A stretch of 64,000 bases of DNA from Sedimenticolaceae bacterium (GCA_050304615.1 JBNLDW010000002.1:1630-65629), one strand, 5' to 3'. Counted from the stretch's first letter, positions 46,888 through 56,415 are shown. The notes: generated by a model not told the origin, from the letters alone. Numbers and translations are program-made.

Positions 46888-48684
46888 CTACTTTCTGTTT
46901 CGGCCACTCAGGTAGCTATCGATACTGGCTGCTGTCCGGTGACCGTCCGCCACCGCATGGACCACATCCGGACCCTTGACGCAATCACCGGCCGCCCATA
47001 ACCATGGCTCTGAGGTGCGCCCGTCACCGTCTACCGTAATACGGCCCCGGTTCCACTCCAGTTTTTCCGTCAGCTCTTCACCCAGCAGACCTACGTCAGA
47101 CATCTGGCCGATGGCCTCGATCACCATGTCACCGGCGTGGAACTGCTCATCGGTTTCATCGTAACTAGGCGCGAACTGGCCCTGCTCATCAAAGATAGAC
47201 TTTACATGCCAGGTTATCAGTCCGGTGACCCTGCCGTCCTCAATGGTTATCTGCTGTGGTCCGCGGGCATCCAGGATCTTAATACCTTCCTCCCCGCACT
47301 CCTTCACCTCTTCCGGATCTGCCAGGAAGTGAGCGAAGTCTTCCAGCGCGGTAACCGTAAGCTTGACCTCGCCGTGCTGCTGTTGCTGCAACCGTGCCAT
47401 ACTGCGGGCGATGTCCATGGCCACGTTACCGCCACCGATCACCACTATTTGGCGAGGTGCCTCGATGGGCTCTCCATCGGTGATGGCGCGCAATAGATCC
47501 ACCGACTTGGGAACATCTTTGTGCTCCGAACCAGGTATCCTGGTGGAACGTCCCAGGTGCAAACCGATAGAGAGTAGCACCGCATCGTACTCTTGGCGCA
47601 ACTGGTCAATGGAGACATCCACACCAACTTGGCTGTTGCAGTGGATCTCCACACCCATGGCGCGGATGACATCTACATCACGGTCGATCATATCGTAAGG
47701 CAGACGGTATTCAGGAATACCGTAACGGGTCATACCGCCGGGGTGTGCCCGCGCCTCATGCACCACCACCTTATGGCCTTTCCGCGCCAGATCGTAGGCG
47801 GTGGTCAGGCCTGCAGGCCCGGCGCCGATGATGGCAATCCTCTTGCCTGTAGCCGGGGCAGGAGCACCAACGATCTCATTGTATTGTTCGTAGGGCACCT
47901 GGTCGGTAATGTGTCGTTTGAGCCAGCGGATGGCGAGCGGATCACCCTCGTGATGCACGGCGCAGACGGTCTCACACTTGTGGGTACATACCCGTCCGCA
48001 CACCTCGGAGAATGGATTGGTCTCGTACAGCAGTTCCAGTCCGTGCTGGTAGTCGCCATCACGCACCGCGGCGATGTAATCGGGGATCGACATATGGGCT
48101 GGGCAGGTGGCAATACAGAGACCACAGGAGACGCAACGGTCCGCCTCAAGCTGGGCCTGCTCCACCGAGTAGCCATGCACGATCTCGTCGAAGGAGCCGA
48201 TACGCACATCAGGCTCCAGTTCACCCATGTGCTCCCTAGTCATTGGAGTTAGGTGATAGCCATCAGGCCGTCTGTAGCCCAGCTTGGCATCGTCCCAAGA
48301 CTTCTTATCGACGCCGGGGATAAAACGGAAGACGTCGGGATCTGCATCCACCCACTTATACTCGTTGGACATGGTGAGCGAGCCGGTCATGCAGATATCC
48401 ACACACAGTGCACACCAGCAGCAACGGCCGTAATCGATACGGGGACGCAGGCCGGAGTCACCCTGCTCCGTTGGAATCCCATCCACCGGCACCATATCAA
48501 TAGCCGCATTCTGACAGATCGCCTCACAGCTGCCGCAACCGATGCACTTATCAACATCGTTCTGGTGGAAGCCACGATAGCGCGCGGCGCCAGGACGCTC
48601 ATTTAGCGGATCGCGGATGGTAACCGGATCGCGAAATAGATTCTTCCACGCGGTAAAGGGTGAGAGGACGTCGCGTATACTCAT
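46888..48684 (-). CDS. Fusion of a NuoI/MbxN-like 2x[4Fe-4S] ferredoxin with a GltD/SudA-like FAD/NAD(P)H oxidoreductase
   Basis: N-terminus has CIGCGSCEAIC and CCWCALCVDIC. Then CVSCGLCIATCP...TNPFSEVCGRVCTHKCETVC, IAIIGAGPAGL (FAD) and VIGGGNVAMD (NAD(P)H). Confidence 0.85.
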   Translation of the reverse strand: MSIRDVLSPFTAWKNLFRDPVTIRDPLNERPGAARYRGFHQNDVDKCIGCGSCEAICQNAAIDMVPVDGIPTEQGDSGLRPRIDYGRCCWCALCVDICMTGSLTMSNEYKWVDADPDVFRFIPGVDKKSWDDAKLGYRRPDGYHLTPMTREHMGELEPDVRIGSFDEIVHGYSVEQAQLEADRCVSCGLCIATCPAHMSIPDYIAAVRDGDYQHGLELLYETNPFSEVCGRVCTHKCETVCAVHHEGDPLAIRWLKRHITDQVPYEQYNEIVGAPAPATGKRIAIIGAGPAGLTTAYDLARKGHKVVVHEARAHPGGMTRYGIPEYRLPYDMIDRDVDVIRAMGVEIHCNSQVGVDVSIDQLRQEYDAVLLSIGLHLGRSTRIPGSEHKDVPKSVDLLRAITDGEPIEAPRQIVVIGGGNVAMDIARSMARLQQQQHGEVKLTVTALEDFAHFLADPEEVKECGEEGIKILDARGPQQITIEDGRVTGLITWHVKSIFDEQGQFAPSYDETDEQFHAGDMVIEAIGQMSDVGLLGEELTEKLEWNRGRITVDGDGRTSEPWLWAAGDCVKGPDVVHAVADGHRTAASIDSYLSGRNRK

Positions 48685-48686
48685 GC

Positions 48687-49862
48687 CTACCTCTCAATCT
48701 CTGGTGGATAGGTGTGCAGTGAAACCATCAGCGCAGCCACATCAGAGATATTTACGTTGACGATCAGCCGCTCCAACAAGGCCATGGCATGGGTGTATGA
48801 TGGTCCACGCACGTTGACTCGACGCGGATAGCCGCTGCCATCGGTAACCAGATAGTAGCCGTATTCGCCGCGTGAGCACTCGCCACGGATATAGGTCTCG
48901 CCACGCGGGATCTTCCAGTGCAACACATTGGGGATCTTGGCCATCAATGGCCCCTCGTTAGGCATCTTGGCCAGTATCTGCCGTATCAGATCTACCGACA
49001 TCAGTAGATCGCGACGGCGCACATCGGCCCGCGCATATACATCCGACTCGGTTGCCACCACCGGCTCAAACTCCAGTTCTGGATAGACCAGATAGGGCTG
49101 ATCCTTGCGCACATCCTTGGCTACGCCGGCGGCACGAGCGACGGGGCCGGTAACACCGTAGGAATCGATCAGTTGCGGATCGACATAACCGAGACCGACA
49201 GTACGCTTCTTAAACACGGCGTTGCAGTACATCACCTCATAGACATCCTTGAGGGTACTCTCGATCTCCTGCAGGGTCTTCTCCATACGTTTTGCAAAGC
49301 CCTGCGGCAGGCCGTCGCGCACCCCGCCAGGAAGAATGAACATATGGTAGATGCGCGCACCGGTCAGCTCTTCGAAACGATCCAGCATCAGATCACGCAC
49401 ATATGTTGTCCACTGACCAATCACACCCTGACCTAAGGCACCAGCCTGACCACCAAGGTACATCAGATAGCTGTTGACCCGTCCCATCTCCAGGATGAGC
49501 GTGCGTATCCAGTCGGCGCGCTCGGGCGACTTGATCCCCGCCAGTTCCTCCACCGCCGCAGCATAGCAGTACTCATTGAAATCCGGCTCCGGCACACAGA
49601 CGCGACAGACTATGGGGAAACACTGGATGAAGGTACGCCGCTCCATCAATTTTTCGAAGCCGCGGTGCAGGTAGCCAACGTGGGTCTTACCTGCGACCAC
49701 TTCATCGCCACAGACGGTAAGCTCCAGTGACATGTTACCGGTGATGCCAGGGTGTTGTGGTCCCTGCCACAGTTTTAGGTATTTGCCCGACGTCAAATCT
49801 ATATCAAGGCTGCCATCAGCCTTTTTCTGCGGGTATTGATTACGTTCCGGTTGATACGTCAT
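48687..49862 (-). CDS. NuoD / [NiFe]-hydrogenase large-subunit-like protein (MbxL-like) lacking C-terminal Ni-Fe ligands
   Basis: GPQHPG..G...L.L...G..V......VGYLHRGFEKL.E. Contains CRVC where hydrogenases have CGxC, and a C-terminus ...SLHTYPPEIER with no Cys. Start trimmed to 49862. Confidence 0.85.
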   Translation of the reverse strand: MTYQPERNQYPQKKADGSLDIDLTSGKYLKLWQGPQHPGITGNMSLELTVCGDEVVAGKTHVGYLHRGFEKLMERRTFIQCFPIVCRVCVPEPDFNEYCYAAAVEELAGIKSPERADWIRTLILEMGRVNSYLMYLGGQAGALGQGVIGQWTTYVRDLMLDRFEELTGARIYHMFILPGGVRDGLPQGFAKRMEKTLQEIESTLKDVYEVMYCNAVFKKRTVGLGYVDPQLIDSYGVTGPVARAAGVAKDVRKDQPYLVYPELEFEPVVATESDVYARADVRRRDLLMSVDLIRQILAKMPNEGPLMAKIPNVLHWKIPRGETYIRGECSRGEYGYYLVTDGSGYPRRVNVRGPSYTHAMALLERLIVNVNISDVAALMVSLHTYPPEIER

Positions 49863-49863
49863 G

Positions 49864-50397
49864 TTATGCACCATCCGGATAGAGTTGTTCTTGCATGTAC
49901 TCCGCCGGATCTTTGCTCTCCCGGCCAGGCCGGTGACCATATGTCTCCTCGGAGTACTTCAAGGTATCGAAGTCACGGCGGTAGGGTGGAATGTCATTCC
50001 AGCCTTCAAGGATGAACTCTTCATCCACCCCGGGGCTATCGGGAAAGTCGATACCAAACATCTCGCGCAATTCGCGTTGATAGGTGGCAGCGGTTGGCCA
50101 GATATCGTGGATACTCTCCATAGTGGCGCTGTCACGAGACAGCATCACCCGCAGGCCAATATCCCGGCCACCCTCCCTGTTGGAGAGCAGATAGGTCAAC
50201 TGAAACTGACCATCTTCAATCCAGTCCACGGCGGTCAATAGAACTAGGTGGCTGTACCCCTCTTGGTCACGCAGATGCAGCAGTAACGAACGCAGCTGTG
50301 CCTGCGCTACGGTAATAAAGGCAAGATCGTCCCGCTGCTCGGTTAGTTCACCGAGTTGAAATCGATCCTTTAGCTGTCTATAGAGTGTTTGCATCAT
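49864..50397 (-). CDS. NuoC (30 kDa)-like subunit (MbxK-like)
   Basis: ...W..A..YQRELREMFGI.F...P... pattern. 177 aa. Confidence 0.75.
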   Translation of the reverse strand: MMQTLYRQLKDRFQLGELTEQRDDLAFITVAQAQLRSLLLHLRDQEGYSHLVLLTAVDWIEDGQFQLTYLLSNREGGRDIGLRVMLSRDSATMESIHDIWPTAATYQRELREMFGIDFPDSPGVDEEFILEGWNDIPPYRRDFDTLKYSEETYGHRPGRESKDPAEYMQEQLYPDGA

Positions 50398-50416
50398 TTA
50401 TATTTTCTATCCGACA

Positions 50417-51058
50417 TCACCAGTTATAATCCGGCATATCCCAATCGTGAATTACCTTTTTTTGGTTCGCCTTGTACCAGTCGAATTCCTCGGCATATTT
50501 ATTGGCACCTTCGCCCTTGCCTGCCCGGATGATCTTCTTCAAATCTTCAAACCCAGCCAGCAACGCCTCGGGGCGCGGCATACAACCGGCGATGTATAGA
50601 TCTACCGGCAGGTAGTCGTCCAGCCGCTTGATGGTGTTGTAGGCGTCCCAGTACATCCCGCCGTTGATGGTGCAAGAGCCAAGGCCAATTACATATTTCG
50701 GGCCCTGCATCTGTTCATAAGAGCGGATCGCCCGCTTCAGCGTCTTCACCGAGAGATAGCCGGAGATGATAAACAGGTTCGCCTGACGCGGGGTTGGGCG
50801 CCACTGCACACCAAAGCGATAGGCATCAAAGCGCGGCGTCATCAATGGGCGCATCTCAATAGCGCCACAGCCGGTACCAAATCCGAGGATCCAGAGAGAT
50901 TCGGAGCGGGCCCAGTTGAACAGCTGCTCAACGATCTTCTGATAGGCGGCAGGCTGCACCGTAGGCGGTGCCTCGCAGTAATAGTCCCGTAGCGGTTCGA
51001 CCTCAAACTCGATCCCGTCGGGCCCTTTTACGATACGTTTTTCAAGCTCTTCTTTCAT
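50417..51058 (-). CDS. NuoB (20 kDa, PSST)-like subunit (MbxJ-like)
   Basis: SLWILGFGTGCGAIEM, PRQANLFIISG, LGSCTINGG, IAGCMPRPE. Start trimmed to 51058. Confidence 0.85.
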   Translation of the reverse strand: MKEELEKRIVKGPDGIEFEVEPLRDYYCEAPPTVQPAAYQKIVEQLFNWARSESLWILGFGTGCGAIEMRPLMTPRFDAYRFGVQWRPTPRQANLFIISGYLSVKTLKRAIRSYEQMQGPKYVIGLGSCTINGGMYWDAYNTIKRLDDYLPVDLYIAGCMPRPEALLAGFEDLKKIIRAGKGEGANKYAEEFDWYKANQKKVIHDWDMPDYNW

Positions 51059-51062
51059 AACC

Positions 51063-51968
51063 TTACACCAGCACGATAGAGACAATGCCCAACGGCACTG
51101 CCCAGATCAAAAACCAACGGATCGACTGCTCCACCCTAAAGCGTGGAAATGCCACACCGACAAACAGCGAGACCATGTAGATCAGAAATACCTTGAGGAA
51201 AAATAGCGGCCAACTCGTCGCCCCACCAAAAAACAGATTCATATAGATCACAATCTTAGCGATGGGGAAGATCACCCGGTTGGTCTGCATCAGCGCCAGA
51301 TAGGAGGAGTGATACTCGGTGGGCGGTCCAATAGGAATCTCCTGGGGCGCCAATACCACATCGAAGGGCGGACGCATCATAGAGCCGAGGAACGACAGCA
51401 TCGCTGCGGCCACCGCAAAGGGGTTGGTAAACAGTGTCCAGTTGAGCATACCGCCCTGCTGCGCAGCCACGATCTCGGTGATGGAGAGGGTCTGGTACTG
51501 CAGCGCCACCGAAAAGATCGCGAGGGCAAAGGGCAGTTCGGCTGCAGTCGTCTGTGATAGACCACGACTTACACCTATGGCCGCATAGGGATGGCCACTC
51601 TCACCCGCCCCCAGCGCCATACCCAATGCACCAAAAAATACGAAATAGAGGGCCAGGATCAGGTCGCCGGCAAAGGAGAGGTTAGAGAACATCTCAGAGC
51701 CGTAGATAGTAGGCACAAACAGCAGCAGACCGACACCACCGGTCAACCGAAAGACCGGGCCGAGGTAGAACATCACACCGTGGGTAATAGAGCTGCGCAG
51801 TGCATAATTCTTTATCAGATCGATGTAGTTTTGATAGATCGGTATACCATGTCGGCGCCCTACCCTCGCCCCAATCTTTTGCATCAGCGCAGCCAGCAAC
51901 AGCCCGAAGTTGATCACAATGAACAGGGTCAGAAGCGAATAGGGAATCTTGATCCACTCAAATTGCAT
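51063..51968 (-). CDS. NuoH / MbxM / HycD-like membrane subunit
   Basis: Eight hydrophobic segments, PFDVV.AP.EI..GP.TEY.S, PRFRVEQ. Start trimmed to 51968. Confidence 0.8.
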   Translation of the reverse strand: MQFEWIKIPYSLLTLFIVINFGLLLAALMQKIGARVGRRHGIPIYQNYIDLIKNYALRSSITHGVMFYLGPVFRLTGGVGLLLFVPTIYGSEMFSNLSFAGDLILALYFVFFGALGMALGAGESGHPYAAIGVSRGLSQTTAAELPFALAIFSVALQYQTLSITEIVAAQQGGMLNWTLFTNPFAVAAAMLSFLGSMMRPPFDVVLAPQEIPIGPPTEYHSSYLALMQTNRVIFPIAKIVIYMNLFFGGATSWPLFFLKVFLIYMVSLFVGVAFPRFRVEQSIRWFLIWAVPLGIVSIVLV

Positions 51969-51970
51969 CA

Positions 51971-54900
51971 CTAGAACCCCACCTTTAGTAGATACACCAC
52001 AACCACAAAGGCCAGCAGGTGAACGGCATAGGTCTGGCCATTGCCACAATAAAGCCGCCGCAACACATCGGAGAGACTATGCAGAAAATCGGTCTGCGCC
52101 TCCCAGAAACGGGTGACCAAAGGCTGAGTGAGAAAACCCAGCGCCTTGCGATAGGGGGCGAAGAAGTTCCAGGCAAAGTGGGTGGTCTCCGGACGGAATG
52201 GCCGCTCGGCAGCATAGACAATATTGAACTGTTTCACCCGCTGCGCCTTGCGGTTAACAAACAGCAACCAGGCCAGCAAGGTAGCGAAGATCACACCGAC
52301 CACCAGCATGATAGAGACGGGACTCCAGTAGCCGAAGTCGCTAGTGATGGTAAGCCCCTCCCAATTGAGCGCACCTTCCGGAAAAAAGCGGCTTAGATAG
52401 CCGTCCACATGGCGCAGCACCAGACCAGGAACCACTGCCACCACCATAAGTATGGCGACGTAGATCATCTGCGGTAGCACCAGCCAGAAAGGCGCCTCTT
52501 TCACCCGCCGGTGTTCATCCTTCATCTGCCCGAGAAACACGGTATGAATCAGCCGGAATAGATAGAGGAAGGCGATAGGCCCGGAGAGAAAAATAACAAT
52601 CATCGGCAGCCGGTACTCGGCAGTCATGATGGCGTTGTAGAAGATCCAACGCCCACCAAAACCAGACAGTGGCGGTACACCGGAAACTGCAATGATACCG
52701 ATCAGGACAGCAATAAAAGAGAGCGGCATCAGGGTGATCAAACCACCCATGCGGTACATGTCACGAGTACCGGTACGCTTGGCTATACCGCCTACAGAGA
52801 GAAACAGCATCGACTTGTATACATAGTGGTTGATCACGAACATCAACGCCATCAACCAGCCGAGATGATTCATCATGGCCAACCCGAACAGGGCGTACCC
52901 CATCTGACCAATAGAGGAGTAGGCAAGCAACCGCTTGGCATCCTCTTGAAAGATCGCCAGCAGATTACCAATCAGCGCCGACAGGGCACCGACCCAGAGC
53001 ATCAGGTGGGTGAGCTCTACCCCATAGAACTCCTGCTTGCGCATATTCATCAGCAATACGAACAGCCCAAACAAGCCCGCCTTGAGCAGGATACCGGATA
53101 CCATGGGTGAGACATCCGTCTCCGCCTCGCTGTGGGCACCAGGCAGCCAGATATGGAAGCCGATGGCGGCAGTCTTGGTCATAAAACCAATGGCAAGCAG
53201 TAGGAAGACCCAACCCGCCAGCGGCTGCGCCACCTGGCTAAGCGCCTGCAGAGGAAAATCCATAACGCCCTGGCTGGCCAGGCCAAATCCCGCCAGAATC
53301 AACATGGCCCCACCGAGAGAGAAAACACTGTAAGAGAGCGCGTGCGGTTCGGAGTGTTTGCCCCGCAAGATCAGAAAATAGGAGCCTACTGTCAATAACT
53401 CCCAGGCGGCAAAGAAGGTGAAGGAGTCAACCGCGGTAACAAGCATGGCTAGACCTGCGTACATAAGCATGGCCGAAGGATAGAAACCGACCCTGCGACC
53501 ATGCGCGGAGTAGCTTGCCAGCAGAATCAGCGCGCCCCCGAGGAGGATAACGGCACCAAATATAACCTGCAATGGATCGTATCCGGGGTAGCAAACAACA
53601 AACCATGCGACCATCCCGACAATAGCTATGGTGTTCTTAACCCAAGCCGGCAACCACTCTATCAGCAGAAAGCCCAAGGCAAACAACAGCGGCAACGCAT
53701 GTAGCAGATTACCGTGGCTGGAGAGACCGCCCCACAGATAGGCCGCTACCCAGCCTGCCAGTACAGCCACATAGACCACATCCACCTTCTGCGGGAGACG
53801 CGCCGCCGGCTCTCCTGTTTGATCCCGCTTGATGATATAGCCAAACCAACGGAACAGATAACCGGCCTCGAGCAGCGTACCAAACAGGATAAGTCCAAGC
53901 AGCGCGATGCGGTCATTGGACGCAAGGATATGGACCAGATCCCACTTGGCATAGAAGCCGGGAAATGGGGGCAGCCCAATCAACATGGCGATAAAGGTGA
54001 CAAAGGCGAAGATGAGCAACGGACGGCCGCGCAAGACGCTCCATGCGGTCAACTCACGCTCAAACACCAACCCAGAGAGCCAGAACAGCCCAGCCTTGGA
54101 TATGGCATGGGCCACCAGAATACCGCCGGCGATAAACAGATAACTATCACCGAGAATTTCGCGCTGACCCAATATCGTCAACACCAAACCTATCTGTGCA
54201 ATTGAAGAGTAGCCTAGCAGACGCCGGTCATTGGTTTGTGACAGGGCAAACAGGTTGGCGCCAACGAAGCTGACAATACCGATACCAGTCGCCACCGGTA
54301 GCCACTGTGCACCACCGATTAGCAACAGTTTATCCACCGCAAACAGGGCCGCAGATGCCGAGGCTGCTGAGAGTATGGCGGAAAGTGCTGGATGGGCCGA
54401 CTCGTAGATATCCAGTACCCAGCCATTCGCTGGAAATGGTTTGATCTCGGCGATAATGGCGATGAACATCAGGAAAAAGACTAGAGCCCCATCCTTAAAC
54501 AGATCCTGGTGCGCAGCGGCCATGCCATCTATATTCAGGGTGCCGGTCGCGTGATAGGAGAAGATGATGCCAATCAACAGCAGCATCGCAATCACCTGCG
54601 ACGCAATCATATATTTGAAACCGGCACTCAGTGCCTGTCTGGCCAAGGAGAGCAAGACTAGGCCACCGGTAGCGATCACCGTCAACTCAAAGAATACAAA
54701 CAGGTTGAACATATCGCGGGTAAGAACAATGCCGCACAGGGCCATAGCAAAGACAAGCAGCACCGCCATGGCGCGCCGCCCCAGCTTTAACATAGTCTCC
54801 TTCAGGTGAAACGCCGAGAGCAGTGCAGTCATACTAATTAGCAGGATCAGTACCGCTTCGGCTAATCCCATACGCAGATTGATCGCAAAAGGCGGTGCGG

Positions 54901-55096
54901 TACCAGCAGTAAAGATATCAACGGTGGTGGCGCCGCCCCAAGCCAGAGATGAGACACTGCTTGCCGCCATCCAGCTCATCGAGGTGAGGGCCGCCAACAT
55001 CACCCAATAGGAGATGGCCCGCCACTCGTCCCGCAACAGACCAAGCAGAAATGCCGCGCCTAATCCGACCGCTATGAAGTAAATGGCACTCACCAT
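51971..55096 (-). CDS. Fused double antiporter-like subunit (two NuoL/M/N-MrpD-type modules; MbxH+H'-like)
   Basis: 1041 aa with two Proton_antipo_M-like cores. The first contains ...EIKPFPANGWVLDIYESAHPALSAILSA. The second contains ...KTAAIGFHIWLPGAHSEAETDVSPMVSGILLKAG. Confidence 0.8.
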   Translation of the reverse strand: MVSAIYFIAVGLGAAFLLGLLRDEWRAISYWVMLAALTSMSWMAASSVSSLAWGGATTVDIFTAGTAPPFAINLRMGLAEAVLILLISMTALLSAFHLKETMLKLGRRAMAVLLVFAMALCGIVLTRDMFNLFVFFELTVIATGGLVLLSLARQALSAGFKYMIASQVIAMLLLIGIIFSYHATGTLNIDGMAAAHQDLFKDGALVFFLMFIAIIAEIKPFPANGWVLDIYESAHPALSAILSAASASAALFAVDKLLLIGGAQWLPVATGIGIVSFVGANLFALSQTNDRRLLGYSSIAQIGLVLTILGQREILGDSYLFIAGGILVAHAISKAGLFWLSGLVFERELTAWSVLRGRPLLIFAFVTFIAMLIGLPPFPGFYAKWDLVHILASNDRIALLGLILFGTLLEAGYLFRWFGYIIKRDQTGEPAARLPQKVDVVYVAVLAGWVAAYLWGGLSSHGNLLHALPLLFALGFLLIEWLPAWVKNTIAIVGMVAWFVVCYPGYDPLQVIFGAVILLGGALILLASYSAHGRRVGFYPSAMLMYAGLAMLVTAVDSFTFFAAWELLTVGSYFLILRGKHSEPHALSYSVFSLGGAMLILAGFGLASQGVMDFPLQALSQVAQPLAGWVFLLLAIGFMTKTAAIGFHIWLPGAHSEAETDVSPMVSGILLKAGLFGLFVLLMNMRKQEFYGVELTHLMLWVGALSALIGNLLAIFQEDAKRLLAYSSIGQMGYALFGLAMMNHLGWLMALMFVINHYVYKSMLFLSVGGIAKRTGTRDMYRMGGLITLMPLSFIAVLIGIIAVSGVPPLSGFGGRWIFYNAIMTAEYRLPMIVIFLSGPIAFLYLFRLIHTVFLGQMKDEHRRVKEAPFWLVLPQMIYVAILMVVAVVPGLVLRHVDGYLSRFFPEGALNWEGLTITSDFGYWSPVSIMLVVGVIFATLLAWLLFVNRKAQRVKQFNIVYAAERPFRPETTHFAWNFFAPYRKALGFLTQPLVTRFWEAQTDFLHSLSDVLRRLYCGNGQTYAVHLLAFVVVVYLLKVGF

Positions 55097-55449
55097 TTCA
55101 GCTCCGTATACTTCGCAATATCTAGGCTGCCCTTGGTCTCATATAGCTTGTAGACAAAGGCAAGCATCAGCGCCGTCGTACCTACGCCGATAACGATGGC
55201 GGTAAGCACCAGCGCCTGCGGGACCGGATCGATGATGCGGGTTACCGCCTCAGATACCGGGACCGCCGCATCCAGGATTGGTGCGGTACGGCCACGCATG
55301 TACCCCACGGAGACCAGAACCAGGTTGACCCCAGCGTTGGCCACAGTAAAAGAGACAATCATGCGTAAAATATTACTATTGGAGAGCGCACCGTATATGC
55401 CGATAAGGATCAGGATAAAGCCGGTTGCCATAGAAATATGCGCAATCAT
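55090..55449 (-). CDS. MrpC/MnhC (NuoK-like) subunit
   Basis: 119 aa, 3 TM segments, DPVPQALVLTAIVIG. Confidence 0.8.
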   Translation of the reverse strand: MIAHISMATGFILILIGIYGALSNSNILRMIVSFTVANAGVNLVLVSVGYMRGRTAPILDAAVPVSEAVTRIIDPVPQALVLTAIVIGVGTTALMLAFVYKLYETKGSLDIAKYTELKW

Positions 55450-56144
55450 GATCCCTCCGCTTCTGAAAGATCGACTAACATGGAGCTAAATTCAGCGCCC
55501 ACCTTAAGACCGATAAAGGAGTAGATTACGGGCATGGCACCGGCGGAAAACAGTTCGCCTAGAGTGCCGATAGGTAGAATTCTGTTGTCCAGAAAACCGG
55601 ATGCGAAAAAGATACCGAGCACACCGATAGTGACAAAGACCAATCCAGAAATAGACTCGAGCACATAGATCAGGCGGTGACTGAAATGTCGTAGCGGATT
55701 AGTCAATAATAGCAATAGAGTCGCCGACGCCAGGATGGCACCACCCTGAAAACCACCGCCCGGGGTTAGGTGACCATTGACGAAGATGTAGACACCGAGC
55801 AACATAATCAACGGCACCAGAATGCGCGTGCCTGTGGTCAGTAGTTCGCCCACCGGCGTGAGCTGGCGTTTTACCGCCCCGCGCCTGCGACCTCTGGCCA
55901 GAACCAAGCCGACGATGGCGGCAGAGAGAAACAGTACCGTTACCTCTCCCAGGGTATCAAGGCCGCGGTAAGTGACGATGATGGCGGTAACAATATTGGC
56001 CGCTCCCAGGTCGGTTGCAGTGTGCTCGGCATAGTAGCGGCCTGTGAGGTTCAGCTCCGCATCTGGCTGGTAGCCAGTTAGTAAATGCCAGAAGGCGGCG
56101 CCAAGCACCAACACCAGCAGCAGGAGTATAAAACGCTTAATCAA
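55446..56144 (-). CDS. MrpB/MnhB-domain subunit
   Basis: GAANIVTAIIVTYRGLDTLGEVTV. Probable TTG start at 56144 overlapping the upstream stop. The ORF-track ATG is at 56198. Confidence 0.75.
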   Translation of the reverse strand: MIKRFILLLLVLVLGAAFWHLLTGYQPDAELNLTGRYYAEHTATDLGAANIVTAIIVTYRGLDTLGEVTVLFLSAAIVGLVLARGRRRGAVKRQLTPVGELLTTGTRILVPLIMLLGVYIFVNGHLTPGGGFQGGAILASATLLLLLTNPLRHFSHRLIYVLESISGLVFVTIGVLGIFFASGFLDNRILPIGTLGELFSAGAMPVIYSFIGLKVGAEFSSMLVDLSEAEGS

Positions 56145-56415
56145 GCTCGTTTTCCTCGTTATTATGTTCGTGCATGCCGCGCACGCGACCGAGTACAAAG
56201 AAGAATAGGAATGTGGTCAAACCGCTGCCGATGGCGGCCTCGGTCATCGCCACGTCTGGCGCAGCCAGGATAACGAACAACACCGAGGCGAAGAGAGTTA
56301 CCAGTCCGCCTGCCAGTATGGCCACCGATAGGCCCTTGGTGCGAATAGCCACCAGGGCCACGACTATCGTAGCCAGCGCCAACAACATGGTCATGACGGT
56401 GATCATACTGCTCAT
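56137..56415 (-). CDS. DUF4040 (MbhD / MrpA C-terminal-like) subunit
   Basis: 92 aa, 3 TM segments, APDVAMTEAAIGSGL hallmark. Confidence 0.7.
   Translation of the reverse strand: MSSMITVMTMLLALATIVVALVAIRTKGLSVAILAGGLVTLFASVLFVILAAPDVAMTEAAIGSGLTTFLFFFVLGRVRGMHEHNNEENELD

Noticed and set aside
47137-48606. Multiple plus-strand ORFs (up to 219 aa) inside the NuoI-GltD fusion gene
   Set aside because: They are antisense to a frame with clear Fe-S, FAD and NAD(P)H motifs.
48687-49862. Calling the large subunit a [NiFe] hydrogenase (the cluster as Hyf/Ech/Mbh)
   Set aside because: The C-terminal DPCxxC ligands are absent (the protein ends HTYPPEIER), and no hyp or protease maturation genes are in the window. 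I kept it as NuoD/MbxL-like.
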